Below are positions 13,566 to 24,847 of a stretch of DNA of 64,000 nucleotides, piece after piece. The DNA lies in assembly GCF_036321535.1 (NCBI RefSeq), contig NC_087472.1, positions 103,232,001 to 103,296,000 on the forward strand. The letters run 5' to 3'. This stretch comes from Camelus dromedarius (Eukaryota). The notes under the pieces were generated by a model, which ran no database searches, was not told the DNA's origin, and saw nothing but the letters and a program-made list of their open reading frames with translations. The position numbers and the translations under genes were made by a program. Positions within the stretch are counted from its first letter, which is position 1. Each line of letters begins with the position of its first letter.

Positions 13566-14019
13566 TCACTATAAGTTTTTGATGATTTCAGTTAGTAGAA
13601 GGGTCAAGTCACTGTCACTGGCCAAAACTTAAGGGCAGAAACTTTGATATATTGACTACTTTGTATGCTTTGTGTATCAACCAGAACAAGGATAGTTTAA
13701 GATTCTGTTAATGAAGACGAGAGCATCTAACCTAAAAGGTACATGTTCCCTCCACCTCTTTATAAAGATCGGCAAAGGAGGTACCTATCAGCAGTGTTAA
13801 ACATTACTGGGTGACACTAACTGGCAGCCAAATACAAGATTAAGGTTAGAAAATACTACTCCATAGAGTATGGCTGCAGTAATTTTAGCCTAGAAAATCA
13901 ATCATGACTTGCCAGAACGATGAGAGAACTCTTAATACAACACTTAAGCAACATTTAGAGCATTAAACATCCAGGAAGAAATGTCAGTAAAGTCTTGCTT
14001 ATACTATGTGGGATTCATT

Positions 14020-14752
14020 TTTTAAAAAACATTTTTGTATTAATTAATTAATTAAAAAATTGAAGTACAGATGACTTACAATATTGTGTTGGGTTCAGGC
14101 ATATAGCAAAGTGATTCAGTTATACCTATATCTATATATATTCAGATTATTTTCCAATATAGGTTATTATAAGATATTGAATATAGTTCCTTGTCTTATA
14201 CAGTAAATCCTTGTTGCTTACCTATTTTATGTATAGTAGTTTGTATCTGTTAATCCCATACTCCTAATTTATCCCTCCCTTCTCCCTTTCCTCTTTGGTA
14301 ACCATAAGTTTGTTTTCTGTGTCTGTGAGTTTGTTTCTGTTTTGTATATAGATTCACTTGTATTATTTTTCAGATTTCACATGTGAGTGATATCGTATAT
14401 TTGTGTTTCTCTGTCTGACTTACTTCACAGGTATAATATTCTGTAGGTCCATCCTTTTAACTGCAAATGGCAACATTTCATCCTATTTTATGGATGAATA
14501 ATATTCCATTATGTGTATATGCCACATCTTCTTAAACCATTCATCTGTTGATGGACACTTGGGTTGTTTCCATGTCTTGACTACCGTAAATAGTGCTGCT
14601 GTGAATGTTGAGGTGAATGTATCTTTTCAAATTAGAGTTCGCCCTGGGTATCTGCACAGGAGTGGGATTGCTGGATCATATGGCAAGTCTGTTTTTAGTT
14701 TTTTAAGGAATGTCCATACTGCTTTCCATAGTGGCTGCACCAAACTACATTC
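14020..14752 (-). mobile_element. 5'-truncated L1
   Basis: Typical L1 3'UTR/ORF2-end sequence (TTGAAGTACAG...GTGGCTGCACCAAACTACATTC). Confidence 0.85.
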
Positions 14753-15976
14753 TACTTGGGACCCACTTTAATGTATTGGTCTTCATGCACAAGATGAGAT
14801 ATGCAGACAGGTACACGTGCATTCTGTTTACAAAACTGTCCTTTAAATTCTTACCTTAGGAATATAAGGTTGGCAGAATTACACTCACTCAGTATGCCTG
14901 AATTAATCTCTATTTCCAAATGGTAGTGATTAACTTTCTCGGAACTAGAAAAATGTTACCCTGTTAAAAAAAAAAAAAAAGACAAGGTCCATAATGGTTA
15001 TGGCTGTTGATTAACCTACAAAATGTGATGAGCCTTTCGAATATCATAGCTTCAGATTTTTTTCTTCATCTTAAAAAGGGCATAAGGTATGGGAGTGGAG
15101 ATAAAAATTTTCCAAAGACTAAGGTTCCTTGTTTACCAGAGATACTGGGAGTTGTTTTTCTCTGGCTGGGAATGTGAAAAAAATTGCAGCATACCTCATG
15201 ATACTTCATTTCCACTGTCTCGAACTCCTTAAAATGCCAGGCGGTGATTCAAAGAAGTCAATTCAGTTTGATTAAAACATCAAATATTTATGGGCCACGA
15301 GGAATGCAGATGAAACCAAATATAGTCCCTGCCCTCCAGGAACTTAAAATTTGTAGGACCCAAAAGCAAATCATGTTGGAAATACATGCATGTACAAATG
15401 TGAACAAAATGCTATGGAAACAAGGACAAGGAGAGAATAAAAAGTCGATTGGACCAGTCTACCAAAAATAATAAATAAAAATCTGTAACAAAAACAAAAG
15501 AAAGATTTCTCAAAGGAGGTGATAATTAAGATAGACTTGTAATGATGGCTAAGATGTTTAAAGATAAAAAAAAAAAAGAAAGCTCACAGTATTCAAAGTG
15601 TTACAGGTTTACTAAAACCTGTTTGTGACAATGAAACAGAATAATCAGGGTCAAAATTTAAAAGCCACATTAGTCCTCCCTACCTCTTGTTTTATTGCAG
15701 GTAAATGGAGCAAACATGTCCCCCACATGTGTTTACAGCTCTGATGAACATTAAAAGGCATCTTGCGTGAATGAAAAGAGCTACTCACGTGTTCTCTTTT
15801 CACGTGATTTCATATTTAATTTACCCTCCAGGGCAATATATCAGTCGTTATGTGCCGAGAAACTGCTTTGCAGTAGTGCTGTGGAGTATGAAAAAACACA
15901 GGGAAATCAATTTCTTTTTTCCTGTGCCTGGAGATTCAGGGCTTTTTGTATTGCTCATGGCAACAGTAGCCTCAAC

Positions 15977-16450
15977 TTTTTATTTTTATTTAAAAATTTT
16001 TTTATTGGAGCATAGTTGATTTACAATATTGTGTTAGTTTCTGGTGTACAGCAAAGTGATTCAGTTATACATATATTTGTATTCTTTTTCATATTCTTTT
16101 CTAGTATGATTTATTATAGGATATTGAATGTAGTTCCCTGTACTATACAGCAGGACCTTGTTGTTTATCTGTTTTATATATAGTAGTTTATATCTGCTAA
16201 TCGCAAACTCCTAATTTATCCTTCCCCCACTCCCTTTCCCCTTTGGTAACCATAAGTTTTTCTATGTCTGTGAGTCTCTTTCTGTTTTGTAAATAAGCTC
16301 ATTTGTATCATATTTTAGATTCCACATATAAGTAATATCATATGATACTTGTTCCTCTTTCTGATTTACTTCATTCACTTAGTATGATAATCTCTAGGTC
16401 CATCCATGTTGCTGCCAGTGGCATTATTTTACTCTTTTTTATGGCTGAAA
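15977..16450 (-). mobile_element. 5'-truncated L1
   Basis: T-rich tail followed by L1 3'UTR sequence. Confidence 0.85.
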
Positions 16451-19001
16451 AGTACCCCAAGGAAATTTAGCCACAGATATTTTCATATTAACTGAGAAAG
16501 ATTAAGTATTTGTAAGCATAGACAATATTAGAAATCTTTCTAAACCATTTTCAAGATGGTAATATAATAATAATATATAAACTTGAAAAGGAACCTAAAT
16601 GATAGTCTTCTATGAAAATAGATTTAAAAACTAAAAGAAAAACACAGCAGCTAAGTCCAGAAGCATGTTAGAAATCATTGAACTGAGCTTATCTAAGGGT
16701 TGGATCAATGTAAAGAAATTTTTTAACGTAATACGCCAAGTGGTAAAAACTCTATGATTAGATTAATAGATGCCAAAAAGGCAGTTGATAACATTAAAAC
16801 TTAATTATTGCTAAAAGGAATTTTCAGTAAACCAGGAATAAAAGGATACTTTTATCTCACGACATACCAGATTTAAAGTGACTCACCAGATCCTGTGGAG
16901 AAGCAGCGTTCCTACTGGGTTGAGGAAGAAGACAAGGGCCCACGTGATTGCCCCTGGGAAGTCACCCTGTTCTGATAGTGCTGCTACAATGAGACAAAAC
17001 AACAGCATCACACAAGAAACACAAGAAGGTCCAAGGCTAAGGAAGGTGTGTTTCAACTATTAAAATATGTTAACATTGGTTGTCCCTGCTGGTGGTATTG
17101 TGGGTCTTTTATACTTTTCTCTTTTTGCCTCTCTGTATTTTCTGTACAGAACTGCTATTGCTCTTTTTTTCTTTTGTTTAAAAAAAGATACAACAAACAT
17201 TGAGAAACCATAATTCAAAAGAGAAGAGATTTTCTTCTCTTTTCAAATGCTTAGCTTACACTACAATTCACTATTTTACTGTCTTCAATCCTAGTCACAT
17301 AAGTGACTAAGTAAAAGCAAAAGAGAAGCATTTGATACTTTCATGAAGTTTTAAGGCCAAAGGAAAGCTGAATCAGATTTCTCTCTCTCTAACACGGCTT
17401 TGTTCCTCGATGCAGATAATCAGCTTTGTTATAATCTCTATCTATTGGCTTTTTCCCCCAAGATGCCTTTATCTAGTCTAACATTTCCTAAGATAACTTC
17501 ATCTAGTCTGACTTCACTTTCAGGGGTTAGTTACATGAGCTGTTCCTTCTAGGCAATTTCCATTTCACCTAATAGTGAAATTGCTGGAATGACTGAGTTA
17601 ACTTTTGGCCGCCTCTCTGTCTAGTACGACTCTTCCTGACTCTGTGCCCTTGTAACCAAGGTGAAGGGGATGAGAAGAAGCTTCCTCAGGTGGAGTTAGC
17701 TGACAGAAATGGGTCATCTGTGATAGACTGTTACCCTCACTAGGAGGGGGAAATGATTTGACCCTCAAATGATATGCTGTGTTGCAGAAGTGTAGTTGTC
17801 GAGATTTTTCTTCTTGTTGCTTTAAAAATCCAAAATTTCTATTTAACAGCAGGGTCACCCAGTTTAATTTTTCCGTCCATGGTTTTCAGGCCACAAGGTG
17901 GAATTTGGGGACTGAATTCATGAAGAGGCAGCGTGGTGGAAGGGAAAGCCCTGACATGGACCCGCCGCGGGGCCTGACTGGCACCTGTAGAATGCCCGCT
18001 AGGGGAAGGTTCTTCCCGCTCATTACCTTGACCCCAGCGCATCTCTGAGCTTCGTTACAATTTCACTGTTGACCCCTGATGACCCAGGACGCAGTACTGT
18101 TCAGTGTGGTGGCGACAGTGTTCAAGTATAAGGCATCCAGGCTGGTAAAGTGGCACCCATTCCATCCTTCTGTTGTCTCCAGTGCCTTAAACACCGGATC
18201 CTGGGTTTCCTCATATGTAAGATGACTGTAGCACAGCAACTGTGAGGTGCTGTTTTGAGGGTTAGAGAAATAATCCAGCGAAACTAGTTCATGGTAGGTC
18301 ACTCCTAATGACTGCTCTGTAGCTGCACTGACCAGTGTAGTTGTTTAGCCACTGTTTTTTACTTACATCAAATTAAATTAAGGAACAGTTCTCTTTCTTG
18401 GCAGCACTAGCCCCATTTCGGGTACTCAGCAGCCACCTCTGCCCGGTGGCTGCCGTGTCGTGCATATTGTACACATGTTGAGAAGTGCAGGTATAGAACA
18501 TGTCCACCATCACAGAATGTTCCATTGGACAGCACTGCTCTACCGCGTTAACTTTGATGTTACACAACTACCAGACCTTAGGGCTGACCAGAGCCATTCC
18601 CTTAGCATTGGAAGCGCTCCTGGATGTTTACCTGGGGAGGTGAGAGTCAGAGGAGGCCAGTCTTGGAAGGGTGTCCTTTGTTCACCAGAGATAGAAGGGA
18701 GTGATGTTTGTTTCCTAAATGAAGATAGCGTATCTATAAGCCAGATATTTCAGCCCTGAAAAGATGGAAAGTTGATGCCAAGGAGAACCTCCAGAAAGGG
18801 CCAATTTCCACCGTGCGTTTAACCAGACAACAGCAGGAGAAGGGGCCGGGGGAGGATTCCGACTTTTGAGTCAGCAGAGAAAATATTCTCTGGAGGTAGA
18901 GTTTGGAAAGGACAACTAATCTGTTTTCCAAACAGATTTTCTTTGTAAATAACTGACAGGAGATGAGCTGCTTCTATCAAAGTATTAACCCAAATGATGG
19001 G

Positions 19002-19014
19002 GGTTAATCATTAA
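19002..19014 (+). promoter_or_regulatory. HNF1A/HNF1B site in the CLTRN proximal promoter
   Basis: GGTTAATCATTAA matches the HNF1 palindrome GTTAATNATTAAC, about 130 nt upstream of the ATG. CLTRN is an established HNF1 target. Confidence 0.85.
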
Positions 19015-19142
19015 ACCTTTTAGGTGGTGGCTTGCTCGTTTGTCTGATATTCTAATCCGGGTCACAGAATGGCTAAGGCAGCTTTAAGTGGAGGGTGGAT
19101 TTTTTTTCCCTCCGTTTGCCTTGTGTTTTCCACTTTGAAAGA

Positions 19143-19200
19143 ATGTTGTGGCTGCTCTTTTTTCTGGTGACTGCTATTCATGCTGAACTCTGTCAGCCAG
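19143..19200 (+). CDS. CLTRN: Collectrin exon 1 coding part (signal peptide)
   Basis: ATG at 19143; MLWLLFFLVTAIHAELCQP; donor GTACGT at 19201; 58 nt. Confidence 0.97.
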
Positions 19201-19520
19201 GTACGTAAGCCTTGAAACTTAAAATAGATTAACAGTTTTCTAAATGATTGACAAGTCTTTGACTGAAAGGCCTCTTTATTTTTCTAAATCTGCCACCGTG
19301 TCGTGGCTTGAAAGTTGAGCCTGTGAATGTGTTATGAGTTTGAAAGAGAAATTTCAACCACCTAAAATGACTGAAGTTAAACTTTCAGGAGTATTTGGGG
19401 CAGTTTAATTGTAGTTCTGGGTTCTGTTGATTTAAGTTGCATTAAATATTAGGATTATCAGGCTCCATTTTGGCAGATTTTATCATCATATACTACTCTC
19501 TCTTTTTTCCTCTCTGACAG

Positions 19521-19579
19521 ATGGAGAAAATGCTTTTAAAGTGAGACTTAGTATCAGAACAGCTCTGGGAGATAAAGCA
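19521..19579 (+). CDS. CLTRN: Collectrin exon 2
   Basis: CAG acceptor; (D)GENAFKVRLSIRTALGDKA; GTAAGT donor; 59 nt. Confidence 0.97.
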
Positions 19580-20619
19580 GTAAGTGAAGAACCTGCATGT
19601 TCATTTTAAATTTTCTTTGCTAATAACACTGCTTTCTCTGATATGAGTCTCTCTGCAGAGTTATCTTCAGCTTGTCTGGATTACTTCTCAAGACCTCATA
19701 TCTGGGATTTTCTTAAAGCAAAAAAGAAAATTATAGTAAAGTAGAAATTGCTAATGAAGTGATTTTGCCTAAATTATTTAATCTGCAGTGTATGCTAGGA
19801 AATATAGGAAGTTTTGTCTCACCCAAAACAATTTTGTGAGCCTAACCGTTTCACCCTAGTGTAGTGGAGCAAAGGGGCCTGAGTCAGGCACTCAGGTCTG
19901 GCTTGGGCTCTGCTCTTCACTGTTGTTGTCATTTGAATTTTGTCAGTCAGATCTCTCATCGTTGAAAAGAGGGCATGTTTCACCCACATGAGATCTTTCA
20001 TAGCACAAGATTTTCCAATTCTAACATGAAGTTTCTTCAATTCTTCTCAAATATCAAAGTAACAACATGAAATATATGCTTATGAAATTGAAGTTAAAGA
20101 AACACTCATGGGGCTCAGCTAGCTATAGGAACGGTAAGGACTGTTGAATTAATAAGATGGTGTGTAATTCTGGTTTCAGTTTTGGTGTGGTCTGTGAGCA
20201 TTTTCACCAGTAGAAGGCGATAGTAAGATGACTCAGGCTAGAAAGGATAAAAGCATGCTAAAGAAACTTAGAAGTGTTGAGTTTGCAGGCCAGTCCGCTA
20301 ATGTGTAATTTTGTTCACTCAATGAGGAATAGTCATTATAACCAGCAGCCTTCATTGAGAACTTAGTTTACTTTCTAGCTGGGACCTTTCTGATCCCTTT
20401 GCTCACGTTAGCTCATGTAGCCCTCACAACAGCCCCTTAAGGAACGTGGCACAGATATGCCCATTCTCATTACATGGATGAGAAAACTGAATTGCAAAGA
20501 CTTTAACCTACTCAAGTTCTCAAGTCAACAAGGGGCAGAGGGAAGGTTTGAACCCAGGCAGTTTGACTGCAGAATCCGGTCTCTGCCGGTACAGAGGGTT
20601 GTTGATCCCAGGACCCTCT

Positions 20620-21925
20620 GAGGGCAGGCACCAGGCTGGTTGGTGGGGGTGCACTGTGGCAAAATCCCTGCTTCCTTGGCCTTGTGGAGCTTATAGTAGT
20701 GGGAGAATTGGTTGTCCATTAAACATTTACTGAACCAAATGCAAATGTGCAATCTCAGCCAAGTGTTCCAGGAAGAAGTACGTAGGAGCTTGGGCCTCAT
20801 CAGGGGCCTCAGTGACAGGCGTTTGCTGTGAGGTCTAAAGCATGAGTAGAAGTGAACCAGGGGATCAAAGAAAACAAGAGTGAACGGCCAGCACGTGTGA
20901 AGGCTTGTCACAGGGAGGAGCTTGGTGAGAGTGAGGGATGGAAGGAAGGCTGAGGTGTCTGGAACTGGAGCAGTGAGGAGGACCGTAGCGCATGACGAGC
21001 TTAGAGAGGAAGGAGGGTTCAGGCCAAAGAGTATGCAGGCTGTGTTGGGGAGTTTTGATGTTATCTTTAAAGCAAGTGGGAGTTTTATGGGAGAGACATC
21101 ATGACAGAATTAGTGTTGGGAAGACCCTTTGGCCACAGTGTGGAAGACAGATAAGGGGACTAGAGTAGAAAGGAGGAACCAGTTAGGAGGCAGTTGGAGG
21201 AGGGTAGGTGAGAGATGGTGGCTGTTTGGAGTACAGCGTTTTGGTGGAGGGAGAGCAGTGAAGGGATTTGAGAGCTGCAGGGACTGGATGGCAGGGACAG
21301 GAGAAGGAAGGGTTAAGGATAAGCTTTTGTTCTAATTATGCAACTGGATGGATGATGGCCTATTTATGAGTCAGAGAACCGGGTACTGACAAGAAAACCA
21401 TGGCTTTAATTTTGGACTTATTGAGTTGGAGGTGTTACTGTCAAATAGGCAAGGACAGAGCTGGCTTGAGATAGACACTCCTGCATCATTGGCACAAAGG
21501 TGATAATGAAAGCCTGGAGTAGATGATGGTGTTGAGGGAGAAAGTGGAGGGTGACAAGAGGAGAGGGTCTAGCATAGAGCTTTGCGATTCTCTAAAACTT
21601 CAATCCCTGGTGGAAGACGGTGAACCTGCAAAGGGGGCAGAGGGGCAGGAGGAAAACCAGGAGAAAGCTGTATCACCAAAGGGAAGCAAGTGCTTTAAGA
21701 AGAAGGGAGTGTTCGAGAGCATCAAATGCTGTTGAGAGGCCAAGCAAGATGAGACTGAAAAATGCTCATTGTGTTGAGCACCACAGAGGTCACTGTGACT
21801 TTAGAGAGCCACTGTGTGGTGTGGCGGAACGGGAAGGCCGATAGTGGAGGAGGTTAAGAATAAGTGGGCAGTGAACATGTAAAGACCAGAGTATGGACAA
21901 CTTTAAGAATTTTGGCTGTGAAGGG
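20620..21925 (-). mobile_element. L2 LINE relic
   Basis: Purine-rich sequence resembling antisense L2, ending CTTTAAGAATTTTGGCTGTGAAGGG. Confidence 0.65.
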
Positions 21926-21989
21926 CAGGAGAGAGAGAGAAGTAGGTAGGGGAAGGAGGAGTGAGTAAAGTGATTTGGTTTTGCTGAGG

Positions 21990-22587
21990 GGTTTTTTGTT
22001 TATTTATTTTTAATTTTTAAAAATTGAAGTATAGTTGATTTACAATGTTATATCAATTTCTGGTGTACAGCATAATATTTCAGTCATACGTATATTCTTT
22101 TTCATTATAGGTTATTACAAGCTATTGAATATAGTTTCCCATGCTATACAATAGGACCTTGTTGTTTATCTGTTTTATATGTAATAGTTTGTGTCTGCTA
22201 ATCCCAAACTCCTAATTTATCCCTCCCCACCCTTTAACCTTTGGTAAGCATAAATTTGTTTTCTGTTTGTGAGTCTTTTTCTGTTTGGTAAATAAGTTCA
22301 TTTGTGTCATTTTTTTTTTTTAGATTTCACGTATAAGTGATATCATATATTTGTCTTTCTCTGACTTACTTCACTTAGTATGATAATCTCCAGGTCCATC
22401 CATGTTACCGCAAAGAAGACTCTAATTCAAAAAGTATATGCACCCCATTGTTCAGAGCAGCACTATTATAATAGCCAAGACATGGAAGCAACCTAAATAT
22501 CTATTGACAGATGACTGGATAAAAAAGCTATGGTGTGTACACACACACACACATATACACACAGGAATACTACACAGCCACAAAAAA
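21990..22587. mobile_element. L1 with 5' inversion (twin priming)
   Basis: Minus-strand 3' end to about 22413, then a plus-strand ORF2-end segment (IAKTWKQPK...WIKKLW). GGTTTTGCTG is repeated at 21977 and 22588. Confidence 0.8.
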
Positions 22588-23124
22588 GGTTTTGCTGTTG
22601 GTTTAATGGGAAAGACTTGAGCATAGTTTAAAGTCTATGGGCGGGCTCCCTTCAGCATTGAATACACAGAAGAGAGGGGGAAACTGATACTGTTTAGATC
22701 CTGAGAAGGGCTTAATGGAAGCTATCCTAATAGAAGTGGGTGGATCAGCCATTGACAGGAAGAGAAATACCACATCTGGCCCTTTGGGAGAGGATGTGGT
22801 TAAGATGTGTGCCTGTGGAGGAAGTTTTGTATTGGTGTCAGGAGGATGGGGGAGTTTAAATGGATGACTCTGAGATGTATCCAAAAATTATGAAACAAGA
22901 GTGTCTAATGAGAGTGAGGTGTGAAGGAAAACACTGAGGTTTGGGAGGGACTGAAGGAGGTTTGAAATAGTTGTTTTGAACCACGAGAGAGAGAAAACCA
23001 ATGGAGAATCCTAAGGGAATCCCAGACAATTTGGGAGTAGGCCATCAGGAATTTAGAGTTAAGCCAGCACACCGTTTTGTGACTTTCTCCAGTTATACTT
23101 GATTACACACCTAAAATCTGGGGT

Positions 23125-23547
23125 CAGCCACTTCCATTTGCTCGGGCTGCTGTAACACAGTACCACAGACTGGGTGGCTTAAACAATGGAAATTTCTCTT
23201 CTGTCAGCTCTGGAGGCCAGAAATCCAAGACCAAGGTGTCAGTAGTGTTGGTTTTTTCTGAGTTCTGTGAGGGACGGATGTGTTCCAGGCCTGTCTCCTT
23301 GGCCTGTAGATGGCCGTCTTCTCCCTGTGTCTGCACATGTCTTCCCTCTCTGCGTGTCTGTGTCCAGATTTCCTCTTCTTACAAGGACCCCAGTCATACT
23401 GGGTTAGGGCCCACTCTAATAGTCTGATTTTAACCTAATCACCTCTGTAAAGACACTATCTCCATATATGGTTACATTCTGAGGTACTGGGGGTTAGGAC
23501 TTTAATATATACATTTCTTCAGGGGAGGTACAATTCAGCCCATAACA
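23125..23547 (-). mobile_element. MaLR (MLT1-type) solo LTR
   Basis: GGGCTGCTGTAACACAGTACCACAGACTGGGTGGCTTAAAC ... CAATTCAGCCCATAACA. Confidence 0.8.
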
Positions 23548-23891
23548 TGCACATAAACTGAAGCTTTCAGCTAAGAAAATAAAAAGAAAAATTGTACTGA
23601 TATTAATAAAGGAAAGGGAGCTGAGATGGGGAGTCAGTTTATGATGGAAGACAGACAGAAAGGAAGGGAACCGACCACTGAGGATGTCCAGGATGAGATG
23701 TCCAAATGCCCTATTTGTTGACTGGCTAGTAATACTGCAAGTTTTGAAGAAGATAATGCAGTGGGAAACACACTACTCTTGAAACAATAGAATACCCAGG
23801 AAAGTCTATCCTGAACATTATGGTGACATGATATACCATGGGTCTCCAGTCATTAGTATATAAGAAAGATGAGAGAGACAGATAGACAGAT

Positions 23892-23926
<35 letters not shown>

Positions 23927-23930
23927 CACA
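23892..23930. repeat. (CA)n microsatellite about 95 nt upstream of CLTRN exon 3
   Basis: Read directly from the sequence. Confidence 0.9.
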
Positions 23931-24024
23931 TCCCAACACCACTGTGGCCACAATTAGAGTCCAGTGGATCATTTTTTACCCTGTGCCTCTTGACGTTACA
24001 TTCTCAGTTTTACTTCTCTTTCAG

Positions 24025-24110
24025 TATGCCTGGGATACAAATGAAGAATATCTCTTCAAAGCAATGGTGGCTTTCTCCATGAGAAAAGTTCCTAACAGAG
24101 AAACAACTGA
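24025..24110 (+). CDS. CLTRN: Collectrin exon 3
   Basis: YAWDTNEEYLFKAMVAFSMRKVPNRETT(E); AG/GTAAGT boundaries; 86 nt. Confidence 0.97.
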
Positions 24111-24446
24111 GTAAGTAAACAATGGAAAGTCTTAATTGATTATTGGCAGTATTATTTGAGGCAGTACATTAAGTCAAAGCTCAATCTTGAAAATAATTTA
24201 TCAATCTCATTTTTAAGGGATCCACATTCGAATTTAACATTTAAAAAATTTTTTATAATGTTCACCTTATGGTTATATCATCTTCTGAAACAGTGCTCTT
24301 CGTTCAATAGGCACTGTGAAGATAAATATAAAAAATGTGTATTTACATGTCATAAGCTTTCTACATTTTTATTTTACACAAATTCCTCTTATACATAGAT
24401 ACATAGATACATAGATAAGATAGAAAGAGAAGAATTCTTTTCTCAT

Positions 24447-24847
24447 TGTATTGGTCTGCTCGGGCTGCCATAACAAAATACCACAGACTAGAGGGCTTAA
24501 ACAACAGAAATTTGTTTCTGGAGGCAGTTCTGGAGGCTGGGAAGTTGAAGATCAAGATGCTGGCAAGGTAGGTTTCATTCTGAAGCCTCTTCTTTCAGCT
24601 TGCAGGTGCCACCAAGTTGTTGTGTGCTCACGTGATCTCTTTGTTGAGGGAGAGGCAGCTGGGGAGAATGAGCATTATGGTCTCTCTTTGTATGAAGGCA
24701 CTAATCCTATCTGTCAGGGCTCCACCACAATGACCTCATTTAACTGTAATTATCTCTTACAGGCCCTGTGTCCAAATACAGTCAGATTTGGGGTTAGAGC
24801 TTCAACAGATGAACTTGGGTGGGAAGGGAATAAATAAGTCCATAGCA
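24447..24847 (-). mobile_element. MaLR (MLT1-type) solo LTR with 5-bp TSD
   Basis: TG...CA ends, CTCAT on both flanks, and MLT1 core motifs. Confidence 0.85.

Noticed and set aside
18428..18453. Hairpin GCAGCCACC...GGTGGCTGC
   Set aside because: Internal palindrome typical of MER3-type elements; not evidence for an ncRNA.
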